The notes beneath the pieces were generated by a model. It did not search any database and was not told where the DNA came from. It was given only the letters and a program-made list of their open reading frames with translations. From Gammaproteobacteria bacterium (GTDB lineage: Bacteria; Pseudomonadota; Gammaproteobacteria; Steroidobacterales; Steroidobacteraceae), in contig JASHSK010000221.1 in the NCBI GenBank assembly GCA_030038755.1, positions 1,104 to 65,103 on the forward strand: a DNA stretch of 64,000 nt, written 5' to 3'. The position numbers and the translations under genes were made by a program. Positions 29,273 to 39,448 of this stretch are shown piece by piece; the first letter of the stretch is position 1; each line of letters opens with the position of its first letter.

Positions 29273-29634
29273 TTTCCGACGGCATCGAACCCACCGACGC
29301 AGGAAGTCCCGATAGGTTCGCTCAAACGGGGCCTGGCCCCGAGCGGTCCGTGCCCATTGGCCCGCGCCAATCATCGATCTGCGCCGCAACGCATTGCGCG
29401 TCGCACGCGCGGTGTGATTCGCGCGCGGGCCATGCTGCTAAGCGGTTGAAAAACATCCAAATCCGAGCGCGATCAAAGGCCTGCGAGGCTCGAGGAAATC
29501 CACCGCCGTCGTGCTTCAGGTGCCGGCGATGGAGATTGTGGTTTTTGTGCAATCGTGAACTTGACGCTCCTCTTTGTGTCAACCTACGATGCTCGGTGCA
29601 CCAAGGCAGGGAGTGGGGTCCAGGGGGTTTTGCC

Positions 29635-30798
29635 ATGGGTGACTGGGTGGGGCTGTTCAAACCGAAACCGTTGTTTCCGTTGACGGTTGCGGGTATTTCG
29701 CTGGGTGCGATTCTATCGATTGCTCCGCTCCAAAGTGCGGCCGGCGGTGAGACGAGAAGCTATGTCCTGAGCTCCTTCACGAATGCGGCGTACTCGACCA
29801 AGGATGATTGCCAGGGCGGCATCGATCCGGATCAGACGGAACAATATAAGTTGGATCTGCTCGCGCTGGGCATGCCCCTCGAGAAGATCCAGAAGGTCAT
29901 GGACGGGTACCCGGGCTTTGCAACCATGGCCGTGCTGGTCAACCGCGGTCGCATCGACGGCAAGCCGGTCAATGCGTACACCAATCCGGCCTCCGCGATC
30001 GACCCGAAGCTTCACATGGTGACCGGTCACTACGCCTACGGCTTCAACCTCGATGGCAAGGGCGCCGATTCTCCGAATTCCTTCCAAGACCCGGCAACGC
30101 ATCAGTCAGGCATCGACAATCAGCTTTTCCGGGTATTCGGCTGTGCCAAGAATTTTCGCGGTCCGCCGGCCAATGCAACCCCCCCGATGTTTTATGGCAT
30201 CGAGTGGAGCACGCTGCGACCGTCGTTCCCCGCCTGGGTGATCACGATCACCGGGGATGATCTGAGCAGGGACGGACCGGTCACGGTGAGCATCGATCGA
30301 TCCATCGATCATGTGCTGCTCGATGCAGCCGGAAATACCGAGGCGTACACGACGTTCAGAATCGATCCGGCCCCGGGCTCGGTCAACGTTTTCCAGGGAC
30401 GACTGCAGAACGGAGTCGTGACGCTCACCGATCATCACGATCTTCATCTGGTCGGCGACCCGGTGCTGATCAGCGATCTGGATCTATCGCAGACCCATCT
30501 GCGGCTGACCCTGGAGCCCAATGGCGAGCTCGATGGTCTGGTGGGTGGCTATCAGCCATGGTGGGAGGTCTTCCTGCCCATCGGTCACGGGGGAGAGAAT
30601 TTCGAGGAAAACCAGGGAATCGACGTCCCCGGTCTGTACTACGCATTGAAGCACCTCGCTGACGCGGATCCCGATCCGAAGACGGGAGAAAATCGGCGCA
30701 TATCGGTCGCGTGGCAGCTGGAGGCGGTGCCCGCCTTCGTGGTGCCCGCGGAAGGCTACGCCCCGCCGGAACTGTCGGCCGCGAGTAACCCGAAATGA
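29635..30798 (+). CDS. secreted protein of unknown function (first gene of DUF1592/DUF1552 operon)
   Basis: The ATG at 29635 gives a signal peptide (LFPLTVAGISLGAILSIAPLQSAAG). GC3-rich. Its stop overlaps the next ATG (ATGA). No recognised motifs. The track ORF start at 29350 is an upstream extension. Confidence 0.6.
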   Translation: MGDWVGLFKPKPLFPLTVAGISLGAILSIAPLQSAAGGETRSYVLSSFTNAAYSTKDDCQGGIDPDQTEQYKLDLLALGMPLEKIQKVMDGYPGFATMAVLVNRGRIDGKPVNAYTNPASAIDPKLHMVTGHYAYGFNLDGKGADSPNSFQDPATHQSGIDNQLFRVFGCAKNFRGPPANATPPMFYGIEWSTLRPSFPAWVITITGDDLSRDGPVTVSIDRSIDHVLLDAAGNTEAYTTFRIDPAPGSVNVFQGRLQNGVVTLTDHHDLHLVGDPVLISDLDLSQTHLRLTLEPNGELDGLVGGYQPWWEVFLPIGHGGENFEENQGIDVPGLYYALKHLADADPDPKTGENRRISVAWQLEAVPAFVVPAEGYAPPELSAASNPK

Positions 30799-32612
30799 GC
30801 GACGCAACGGGCCAGGGCCCGGAGGTCCGAAGAATGGGCGAGCAGACGTCATCAGCCGGCGGCCGCGGCTGCGCCCGGGCGCTTTGCCTGGCCTCGGCAT
30901 CTGTGGCGATGGCGCTGGCGTGCGGCAGCGTGCAGGCAGCTCCCCCGAACCAGACATCCGTTGCCGTGGCATCCGAGCCTGCCGGTCCAACTGCAGCTAC
31001 CGGTCCCACTCAAGCGGCCGGTCCGGCGATGCTCAGGCGGCTGAGCCCGGACCAATACCGTCAGACCGTCGCGGATATCTTTGGGTCCGACATCACGATC
31101 GGAGGCCGGTTCGCGCCCGAAATACGCGCCAGCGGCCTGCTCGCGGTCGGTGCCGGCAACGAGAGCATCACCGGCGATGAGCTGGAACAGTACCACGCCA
31201 TGGCGCAGACCATCGCCGCCCAGGTCGTCGATCAGTCACACCGGGGCGTGCTGATACCGTGCACTCCGGAGGCCGCCTCGACCGCCGACGATCGCTGTGC
31301 CGGGAAATTCCTCGATGCGGTGGGCGAGCTGCTCTATCGGCGGCCCCTCACCAGGGACGAGCTGCAGGTTCAGGTTGGAATCGCCCATGCGGCTGCCGTG
31401 CAGGAGAAGGATTTCTATGCGGGGCTGCGCGAGAGCCTGGCCCAAATGCTGGTCTCCCCGGAATTCCTGTTCCGATGGTCCGACGTCAACGGCCCGCTGG
31501 GAGGGAAGGGATACTCAACGCTCGATGGCTATGCGCGGGCGGCGCAGCTGAGTTTCTTCCTGTGGAATTCAGCCCCCGACCAGACGCTGCTCAACGATGC
31601 CCGCCGCGGCCGGCTGAACTCGCCGAGGGGCCTGACTCGCGAGGTGAACCGCATGTTGGCGTCGCCGCGTGTGGAGGCCGGTGTGCGGGCATTCTTCTCC
31701 GACATGCTGCAGTTCTCCTGCGCCGAGGATCCGTGCCTGGACGCCAGTTTCTCGAAGGACAGCACCATTTATCCGCGCTTCACCCCTCAAGTGGCTGCCG
31801 ATGCGCAGGAACAGACGCTGCGGACGCTGGTGGATCTGCTGCTCACACACGACGGCGATTACCGCGACGTGTTCACCACCCCCAGGACATTTCTGACCCC
31901 GGATCTGGCCGCGGTCTACGGCGTGCCGCTGCCGCGCACCACGCCCAATGGCGAGCCGAGCAAGTGGCAGCCGTATATCTACCCGGCCGGCGACCCCAGG
32001 GCGGGAATTCTCTCCGAGGTCAGTTTCGTCGCGTTGCATTCGCACCCGGGCGTATCCTCGGCGGTGCTGCGAGGCAGAGCTCTGCGCGAGGTGATCCTGT
32101 GTGAGAAAGTGCCCGATCCGCCGCCGAACGTGAGCTTCAAGCTCGTTCTGGATACGACCAATCCCAAATACCCGACCATGCGTTCGCGGCTCGACGCTCA
32201 TATCACCAACCCGGTGTGTGCCGGCTGCCATCGACTGATGGACCCTCCCGGTCTGGCGATGGAGAATTTCAACGGCGATGGGAGTTTCCGCACGCGGGAA
32301 AATGGGGTTCTCATCGACGCGAGCGGCGCGCTGGACGGGAAGAAGTTCGATGGGATGCAGGGGCTCGATCAAACGGTCGCCAGCGATCCGGCGGCGCCTG
32401 CGTGCCTCGTGAGCCGCCTGGCGGAGTACGCGTTGGGCCGGGCCCCGGCCGGGGACGAAGTTCAGTGGGTCAAGCAGTTGAAGACGGATTTCATCGCCGA
32501 TCACTATCGCCTTCCCGCATTGCTGCGCGAGATCGCGACCAGTGACGAGCTTTATCGGGTCGAATGGAAGGGTGCCGCGGTGCATACCACGGTGGCATCC
32601 GCCGCGAAGTAG
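30795..32612 (+). CDS. DUF1587/DUF1592/DUF1595/DUF1588/DUF1585-type multidomain protein
   Basis: LRRLSPDQYRQTVADIFG (DUF1587-like) near the N-terminus. C-terminal CAGCHRLMDPPGLAMENFNGDGSFR and LAEYALGR blocks are typical of this family. Signal-like N-terminus. Confidence 0.7.
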   Translation: MSDATGQGPEVRRMGEQTSSAGGRGCARALCLASASVAMALACGSVQAAPPNQTSVAVASEPAGPTAATGPTQAAGPAMLRRLSPDQYRQTVADIFGSDITIGGRFAPEIRASGLLAVGAGNESITGDELEQYHAMAQTIAAQVVDQSHRGVLIPCTPEAASTADDRCAGKFLDAVGELLYRRPLTRDELQVQVGIAHAAAVQEKDFYAGLRESLAQMLVSPEFLFRWSDVNGPLGGKGYSTLDGYARAAQLSFFLWNSAPDQTLLNDARRGRLNSPRGLTREVNRMLASPRVEAGVRAFFSDMLQFSCAEDPCLDASFSKDSTIYPRFTPQVAADAQEQTLRTLVDLLLTHDGDYRDVFTTPRTFLTPDLAAVYGVPLPRTTPNGEPSKWQPYIYPAGDPRAGILSEVSFVALHSHPGVSSAVLRGRALREVILCEKVPDPPPNVSFKLVLDTTNPKYPTMRSRLDAHITNPVCAGCHRLMDPPGLAMENFNGDGSFRTRENGVLIDASGALDGKKFDGMQGLDQTVASDPAAPACLVSRLAEYALGRAPAGDEVQWVKQLKTDFIADHYRLPALLREIATSDELYRVEWKGAAVHTTVASAAK

Positions 32613-32659
32613 TCGTTCCGGGACACCGGGAATTCAGGCGGGTTTGGAGAGAGTGGCCA

Positions 32660-33991
32660 ATGAGTACCAAAGTCAATCGTAGGAGAGTGCTGCGCGGCAT
32701 GCTGGGCGGCGCGGCGATCAGCGTCGGGCTGCCGCTCCTGGATTGTTTCCTCAACGACAATGGCACCGCTCTCGCCGACGGGGCGCCGCTGCCGGTGTGC
32801 TTCGGTACGTGGTTCGCCGCCATGGGGTACAACCCGGGATTCTGGGAACCCACGCTGGTCGGGTCGCATTACGAGATGAAGCCCCAGCTGAAAGTGCTCG
32901 ATCCCTTCAAGGACAAGATCAACGTCTTCAGCGGCATGCAGACCTTCCTGGATGGGCGCCCATTGGCGACCCACGAGACGGGTGCACAGATCTGCACGAC
33001 GGGCTCGATCCCGGTAGGCCAGGATATCGACGTTCCGAGTATCGACCAGCTGGTCGCGGACACGATCGGGAGCAGGACGCGCTTCCGCTCGATAGAGGTG
33101 TCCTACGAGGGCGTTCCCTCGAGTTGGAGCCGCCGCAGCTCCAGCTCCGTGAACGCGTCGGAAGTGTCCCCGCTGGCGCTGTATCAGAAAATTTTCGGTC
33201 CGAGCTTCGTGGACCCGAATTCCGCGACTTTCACACCCGATCCGTCCGTCATGCTGGAGCGCAGTGTCCTGTCGACCGTTTCCGATCAGCGTGCCAGCCT
33301 CGTCAATAGCCTGGGGACAGCCGACCGGGCGCGTTTGGATGAGTACTTCACGTCGCTGCGTCAGCTCGAGCACGAGCTCGACGTGCAGCTGCAGAAACCG
33401 ATGCCGATGGTCGCCTGTTCGAAGCCCACGGCTCCTGGGGACGGGCCCCATGGCCAGGCCATTGACCTGGTGATGACGAACGGCAAGCTGTTCACGGGAC
33501 TCATTGCGCATGCGCTGGCGTGCGGCCAGACCCGTGTCTTCAACGCCGTTGGAACCATGGGGGCGTCGTCGGTGCATAAGGTCGGCAGCGAGGCCACCTT
33601 CCATATCGATACGCACGAAGAGCCGGTCGACGCGCAACTCGGCTATCAGCCCGAGGTCACCTGGTACATGGCGAGATTTTTGGACTGTTTCTCCGACCTG
33701 CTCACACAGCTGAACAGCGTTCGCGAGGGTCCGAGGACATTGCTGGACCGCACGGTCATCTACTGTTCGACCGATCACGGCTATGCGCGACTGCATACGC
33801 TGACGAACATTCCGCTGCTGACCGCGGGCGGCGCCAACGGCAAGCTGAAGACGGGCTATCACCTCACCGCACCGGGCGACACCGTCGCCCGGGTGGGGTT
33901 GACGGTCATGCAGGCGATCGGGCTGCCGCTCAGCAGCTGGGGAACGATGTCCAATCACACGACCAAGCCGTTCAGCGAGCTGCTCGCTTGA
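32660..33991 (+). CDS. DUF1552-family protein with twin-arginine signal
   Basis: MSTKVNRRRVLRGMLGGAAISVGLPLLDCF is the characteristic DUF1552 N-terminus. It is the usual genomic partner of DUF1592-type proteins. The track ORF start at 32564 is an extension. Confidence 0.7.
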   Translation: MSTKVNRRRVLRGMLGGAAISVGLPLLDCFLNDNGTALADGAPLPVCFGTWFAAMGYNPGFWEPTLVGSHYEMKPQLKVLDPFKDKINVFSGMQTFLDGRPLATHETGAQICTTGSIPVGQDIDVPSIDQLVADTIGSRTRFRSIEVSYEGVPSSWSRRSSSSVNASEVSPLALYQKIFGPSFVDPNSATFTPDPSVMLERSVLSTVSDQRASLVNSLGTADRARLDEYFTSLRQLEHELDVQLQKPMPMVACSKPTAPGDGPHGQAIDLVMTNGKLFTGLIAHALACGQTRVFNAVGTMGASSVHKVGSEATFHIDTHEEPVDAQLGYQPEVTWYMARFLDCFSDLLTQLNSVREGPRTLLDRTVIYCSTDHGYARLHTLTNIPLLTAGGANGKLKTGYHLTAPGDTVARVGLTVMQAIGLPLSSWGTMSNHTTKPFSELLA

Positions 33992-34010
33992 GGTGCCGGA
34001 GGAGCGGGTG

Positions 34011-35357
34011 ATGACACAGCGTGGAGCTGTCAAAGCGGGCGGCGTAGTCGCGCTGGCGGCAATCGGCACGTTCGGATGCGTGCTGCCCAGTCTGGCGGCA
34101 TCCGGCGATGTTGCAGTCGCAACGCCACCGGGTATCACGCTGCAACCACTGGGCAGAGCCCAGGGCTATGGAATGGAGGCGCTGCTCACCGAGGTGCCGC
34201 GAACGCAGATTGCGTTTGCGGACGCCGCGGGGATGACGCTTTATACCTACGACAAGGACTCGCGGGACCAGTCACGGTGCACCGGCGCCTGCGCGAAATT
34301 CTGGCGCCCCACGCTGGCGCCCCGTTCTGCGAGGCCGATTGGAGACTGGAGCACATTCAGACGTCCGGACGGCACGAGGCAATGGCAGTACAAGGGCGAG
34401 CCTGTCTATACATTCGTCCGCGACACCGACATCGGCTCGGTGTTCGGCATCAGCCCGCAGCACCTGCGTCAGTTCGTCGGGTATCTGGCGCGTCAGCGCG
34501 GGGGTGACGGCCCGCAGCAACCTTCGGGATGGCATCCGGCTCTGGTGTTTCCGGTGAGCGGTATCCCGATGCCGGAGGGCATCGCAATCAAGGAGGTCGG
34601 AGACGCCAACGGGCTGGCCCTCGTCAATCAGGAGGGTATGACGCTCTACGCCTATGAAGGGCGCGGAGGTGCGAGAGCGGTCGTGGGCCTGGCGGATCAG
34701 ACCCAGTGGAAGCCGCTGGCCGCCCCTGAACTGGCGCAACCCATCGGCGACTGGTCAATCATCGATAGAAGCGACGGCATCCGGCAGTGGACCTTCAGGG
34801 GTAAGCCGCTGTTTACGTTTGCCGGGGACCTGACTCCCGGTGACGCGAACGGCGTCGGCTTGAGCAAGGATTGGGATGCGGCGTTGGCGGTGTCGTTCTA
34901 CCTGCCGCCCGACGTCCGTTTTGAGCAGACCCTTGACCGCGGCAGGGTGCTGGCGACCGCGGCGGGTCTGACCCTGTATCGACGCGACGGCGTAGCCCTG
35001 GATACCGGAGGGGGTCAGAGTCTGCGACATGGCGTTCCGATCAGGCCGGGGATCGGCAGGAATATCGGAATCAGCGGCTGCGAGGGCGACTGCCTGAAGT
35101 CGTGGCATCCATTTTTGGCTCCTGCCAATGCTCAACCGGACGGCTACTGGGACAGCGTGGCGCGGCCGGATGGCACCCGGCAGTGGGTGTATCAGGGTTA
35201 CGCGTTGTATACGTACGCCGGTGATCAGAAGCCCGGGGACATGAACGGGAACGACATCTTCAACATGGTGTTGAGCGACAGCCCGGATCATGTGAACACC
35301 GTGGGTACGCCCATGCACGGCACCGCCGGTCTCTATTGGACGATAGCCTACCCCTAG
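34011..35357 (+). CDS. secreted protein with three COG4315/PF03640 double-repeat modules
   Basis: Signal peptide, then three modules. Examples: GMTLYTYDKDSRDQSRCTGACAKFWRPTLAP..DWSTFRRPDGTRQWQYKGEPVYTF, and GLTLYRRDG...CEGDCLKSWHPFLAP..RPDGTRQWVYQGYALYTY. RBS ggaggag lies before the ATG at 34011. Confidence 0.7.
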   Translation: MTQRGAVKAGGVVALAAIGTFGCVLPSLAASGDVAVATPPGITLQPLGRAQGYGMEALLTEVPRTQIAFADAAGMTLYTYDKDSRDQSRCTGACAKFWRPTLAPRSARPIGDWSTFRRPDGTRQWQYKGEPVYTFVRDTDIGSVFGISPQHLRQFVGYLARQRGGDGPQQPSGWHPALVFPVSGIPMPEGIAIKEVGDANGLALVNQEGMTLYAYEGRGGARAVVGLADQTQWKPLAAPELAQPIGDWSIIDRSDGIRQWTFRGKPLFTFAGDLTPGDANGVGLSKDWDAALAVSFYLPPDVRFEQTLDRGRVLATAAGLTLYRRDGVALDTGGGQSLRHGVPIRPGIGRNIGISGCEGDCLKSWHPFLAPANAQPDGYWDSVARPDGTRQWVYQGYALYTYAGDQKPGDMNGNDIFNMVLSDSPDHVNTVGTPMHGTAGLYWTIAYP

Positions 35358-35370
35358 TCCCAAACCGCGC

Positions 35371-36453
35371 TCACCGCGGTGCGAACTGCAGATAGCTGAT
35401 CTGATTTCCCCTGGCGTCGGTGAACCAGAGGCGGTTGACCAGCCGGGTCGGCGGCTGCCGGTCACTGCCGGCCGATAACCCCACCGCCAGTGCGCCGTCA
35501 CCGGCGGAAAACTCGGTGATTTCGCCGCGGGGCGTGACCCGACCGAGCTTGCCGCCGCGCGAATACCAGACGTTGCGGTCCGGTCCTACGGCGATGTTGA
35601 TCGGCGAGGGCCCCTGTGCAGGCATCGCAAATTCGGTGATCGACCCGCTCATCGTGATGCGGCCGATCCGCTTGCCGTTCGTGAACTGGCCGTCCATGCC
35701 TCCGGACAGCTCTACGAACCACATCGCCCCGTCCGCGCCCGCCGTGATGTCTCCCGGACCGGAATTCGGCCGTGGCAGGGTGAACTCGGTGACCCGGCCC
35801 TGGGGCGTGATGCGGCCAATCCTGTCGGTCCGGTACTCCGAAAACCAGATGTTGCCGTCGGGTCCCGCCGCGAGCGCCCGCGGACCGCTGTCTGGAGTCG
35901 GGATCGGGAACTCGCTGACGACACCCGCGGGTGTAACGCGACCGATCTTTCCGGCGGCGAACATACCAAACCAGATGTTGCCGTCGGCGCCCAGCGCGAT
36001 GGCGCGCGGCTGGCTGGCCGGCGTCGAAATGTCGAATTCGGAAATTGTTCCGTCCGGCGTGATGCGCCCCATGCGGTTGCCCGCATGCTCCGAGAACCAC
36101 ATGTTGCCGTCGGCGCCCCGTGCAATGATGCGCGGCGAGCTCGCCGGATGCGGCAGCTCGAACTCCACCAGGTGGCTGCCGTCCGGGTTCATGCGGCCGA
36201 TGCGGTTAGCGCTGCTTTCCGTGAACCACACGCGGCCGTCGGCCGCGATCGCGATCGTGGTGGGGGCGCTGCGCGCGTGGGGCAGTGGGAACGAGTGAAC
36301 CTGGCCGTCCGTCACCCATGAGGTGGAGCGTGACGAGAGCCAGTGCTGTGGAGCATCCGCCGCCAGTGCGACGGTCGCGGCGGCCACGACCGATGACGCC
36401 ATCACCGCGTGCCTCAGTAGTCTCGCGAGGCGTGGCCTGGGTCGCATCTTCAT
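35371..36453 (-). CDS. secreted seven-bladed beta-propeller protein, virginiamycin B lyase (Vgb)-like repeats
   Basis: Seven ~42-aa repeats of the pattern P..I..G.DGN.WF.E....RIGR.TP.G...EF..P. Signal peptide after MKMRPRPRLARLL. RBS gagagg lies before the ATG at 36453; the ORF is open to 36837. Confidence 0.7.
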   Translation of the reverse strand: MKMRPRPRLARLLRHAVMASSVVAAATVALAADAPQHWLSSRSTSWVTDGQVHSFPLPHARSAPTTIAIAADGRVWFTESSANRIGRMNPDGSHLVEFELPHPASSPRIIARGADGNMWFSEHAGNRMGRITPDGTISEFDISTPASQPRAIALGADGNIWFGMFAAGKIGRVTPAGVVSEFPIPTPDSGPRALAAGPDGNIWFSEYRTDRIGRITPQGRVTEFTLPRPNSGPGDITAGADGAMWFVELSGGMDGQFTNGKRIGRITMSGSITEFAMPAQGPSPINIAVGPDRNVWYSRGGKLGRVTPRGEITEFSAGDGALAVGLSAGSDRQPPTRLVNRLWFTDARGNQISYLQFAPR

Positions 36454-36784
36454 CTTGACCTCTCGAATCATGGGTTGGCGGTATCGGCCTTGTCCGATGA
36501 TCAGTGTAGTCGAATCCTTGCACGGAACTGCGCCGCTCGGGCACTGACTGTCAGCGAAGTCGTCCCGGAAAGTAGGACTCGTTCCAGATTGATTTGTATG
36601 CCGCGAGGCGGGGCCTTTTGTCCGATGCCGGTGGTATATAAGCCAACGCGGAATATACAGCACCGCCCGGTTCGATGCGGGCACACAACACAAGGGGGAC
36701 ATCAGCGAGGCTTCGCCAAATCCATGTAGCGTTGATGACAACCGTGCTGCCTTGGTTGTCGCCTGACGACATAGGGAGAATAAA

Positions 36785-39349
36785 GTGGCTGGAAAAAAAT
36801 TCAGAGCTTCAAGACTCAGTCTCAGGTCCTCGATCATCCTATCAGCGGCCGCGGGGTTGGCCGTGGCGGCATGGTTGCCGTCAGGCGTCCTGGCCCAGGC
36901 GGCCGGCGACGCGGCGGCACCGGCCGATGCTCAGGCCGGCCAGCAGGGCGCCGGGGATCAGACCGCACAGAGCGGGCAGAACAGCGCCGCCACGGGCACA
37001 CTGCAGGAAGTCGTGGTGACGGCCGAGAAGCGCGCCACCGACATTCAGACCACGCCGATCTCGATGGAGGCGATCTCGAGCAACACGCTGGAGTCGCAGA
37101 ATCAGAGGGAGATCATCGACCTGCAGACCACCGAGCCGGGTCTGCAGGTCTCCAACATCGGCCTGGCCTATACCGCCCCGAACATTCGCGGCATCGGCAA
37201 CGATCAGTTCTCCGTGGCCGAGACCCCGGGCGTCGCGACGATCCGGGACGGGCTGTTCCTGCAGGGCATCCACGACACGACCGATCCGTTCTTCGACATG
37301 AGCGATGTCGAAGTGCTGCGCGGCCCGCAGGGCGACTTCATCGGCTTCAGCTCCACCGGTGGCGCGATAGAGCTGAACTCGGCCAATCCGACCTTCAACG
37401 GCAACAATGGCTATCTGGAAATGGAGGTCGGCAATTACAGCGACAAGCGGATCGACGGCGCGCTGAACGCGCCGGTCACGGATACGTTCGCGGCGCGTCT
37501 GGCCTTCAACGAGGAGACGATGGGCAGTTTCTACCGCGATATCGGCTCGCTGGTGACCCCTGATTCTCCGGGCGGCAACGGTACCTTCCCCATACAGGAC
37601 CCGGGTTCGGTGGATGACAAGAACATGCGCCTGAGCCTGCTCTGGAAGCCGCTCGACAACTTCCAGGCGCTGCTGAAGATAGAGTACAACTCCTCGAACC
37701 CGGGGGCGCTCTCGGGAGAGCCCAATCAGGTTCCCTTCACCCTGCCGGCGAAAGCGATCGCCAACGGCTGTCCCGATGCGATCGCGCCCGGCGGCGTCAC
37801 GCCCGCCGGTCCCGGAGGCACCTGCTACTCGGAGTTCTATCCCTATTCCACGCATATCCCGTTCGTGATCAATTACGGCTGGGGCGGCGATTCCGCAGGC
37901 CAGGCGAGCTCGATCTACGAGCGGCTCCCGGCACTGGGAGAGCCGTTCACCGACTATCGTGACGGCCTGCATCTGCAGTACACGCTGCCCGACGGCATAC
38001 AGATCACGTCGATCACGGGTTTCCAGCAGCAACAGTGGAACGATCTGTCGTTGAGCTGTGCCTGCGACCTGGCGACTTCGGGCGTGGGCTACGAATACGT
38101 TCCAAAGGATGACTACTACAGCCAGGAGTTCGATTTCCTGTCGCCCAGCAGCGGGAAGTTCACCTGGATCGGCGGGGTGTCCTGGTTCGCGCGCTGGTCG
38201 GGGGTGGACGACACCAGCATCACCTCGACCTCGCCCTATTCACTGACAGACCCGGAGATCGTCGCGAGCAATACCCTCACGGTCCAGCGCATGGTGGGTG
38301 TGTTCTATCGGGCGAGCTATCAGTTCACGCCGGCGTGGCAGCTGCAGGTCGGGGTGCGCGATAACTGGGACAACAACTATGCGCGCGGGCCCATCGATCA
38401 GGTCGAGGAGAGCACGCTGAGCCCCACGACGCACCCGTGCACGGAAGCGCCCGCGCTGCTGGCGGGCTATGGCTGCGTGAACCTGCCGACCAACAGCGGA
38501 TTCAAGGACACGGTGCCGACCGGCAAGGTGACGCTGAACTGGAGTCCGGCGCAGGGGCAGTTCTTCTATGTGTTCTACGCGCGCGGCTACACCCCCGGCG
38601 GTTACGTCGCCGGCACGTCGGCACCCTACCTGCCCGAGCACGTCAGTGACTACGAGGTGGGCTGGAAGACGACGCAGCTCGACGGCCACCTGCAGGGCTC
38701 ACTGGGCGGTTACTGGATGATCTACCAGAACATGCAGCAGACCGTCTATGACACCAGTACCGGAACGTCCGGCACCGGCAACCTCGGCACCTCGCACCTC
38801 AGGGGCATCGAGACGACGTGGACCGTGCGCGAGGCAGGCTTCGGTCTCACCGTGACGGGCGCATTCGAGAAGTCGTCACTCGGCGCCATCACGACGGTTG
38901 CGACCTATGCGTTGCCAGGGTCGGCGGCGAACAAGGGGCAGTGCACGGGACCTGGCGGAACCACGGTGGGGCCCGGGCAGGCCAATTGCTTCAACTTCAA
39001 CCCGTACCTGGTGAACCTCTCCGGCGAGCCGAACCCGTTCGCACCCGAGTTCTCCGGTGGCGTGACGCTGGACTATGGCATTGCGCTCGGCGGCGGCACG
39101 CTCGATCCGAAGATCCAGTACAACTACACGGGGACGATGTATGGCTCGATTTTCCAGATCCCGTACTACGAGCTGGGCGCGCGCCGTCTGTGGAATGCAT
39201 ACCTCACGTACGATAAGGGCCAGTGGGACGCGGAGGCCTTCATAACGAACTTCACCAACCAGGTGTACATCTCGGGCGACTTCGGCGGCAGCGACGTCTA
39301 CTACGGCAACCCGATGCAGGTCGGCGTGCGCTTCCGCAAGGACTTCTAG
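36785..39349 (+). CDS. TonB-dependent receptor
   Basis: Signal peptide, Gln/Ala-rich linker, plug motif LQEVVVTAEKR..ISMEAIS, VEVLRGPQG, and a C-terminal ..VGVRFRKDF with terminal Phe. GTG start. Confidence 0.88.
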   Translation: MAGKKFRASRLSLRSSIILSAAAGLAVAAWLPSGVLAQAAGDAAAPADAQAGQQGAGDQTAQSGQNSAATGTLQEVVVTAEKRATDIQTTPISMEAISSNTLESQNQREIIDLQTTEPGLQVSNIGLAYTAPNIRGIGNDQFSVAETPGVATIRDGLFLQGIHDTTDPFFDMSDVEVLRGPQGDFIGFSSTGGAIELNSANPTFNGNNGYLEMEVGNYSDKRIDGALNAPVTDTFAARLAFNEETMGSFYRDIGSLVTPDSPGGNGTFPIQDPGSVDDKNMRLSLLWKPLDNFQALLKIEYNSSNPGALSGEPNQVPFTLPAKAIANGCPDAIAPGGVTPAGPGGTCYSEFYPYSTHIPFVINYGWGGDSAGQASSIYERLPALGEPFTDYRDGLHLQYTLPDGIQITSITGFQQQQWNDLSLSCACDLATSGVGYEYVPKDDYYSQEFDFLSPSSGKFTWIGGVSWFARWSGVDDTSITSTSPYSLTDPEIVASNTLTVQRMVGVFYRASYQFTPAWQLQVGVRDNWDNNYARGPIDQVEESTLSPTTHPCTEAPALLAGYGCVNLPTNSGFKDTVPTGKVTLNWSPAQGQFFYVFYARGYTPGGYVAGTSAPYLPEHVSDYEVGWKTTQLDGHLQGSLGGYWMIYQNMQQTVYDTSTGTSGTGNLGTSHLRGIETTWTVREAGFGLTVTGAFEKSSLGAITTVATYALPGSAANKGQCTGPGGTTVGPGQANCFNFNPYLVNLSGEPNPFAPEFSGGVTLDYGIALGGGTLDPKIQYNYTGTMYGSIFQIPYYELGARRLWNAYLTYDKGQWDAEAFITNFTNQVYISGDFGGSDVYYGNPMQVGVRFRKDF

Positions 39350-39448
39350 AGTCTCCGCGAGCCCGACAGACGCGAGCCTGGCAGAAGCTCCGCAGACGAT
39401 GCGCGCAAAACCGGTTAGAATTGCCGCTTCCCCCTACGGAGTCCAGCC

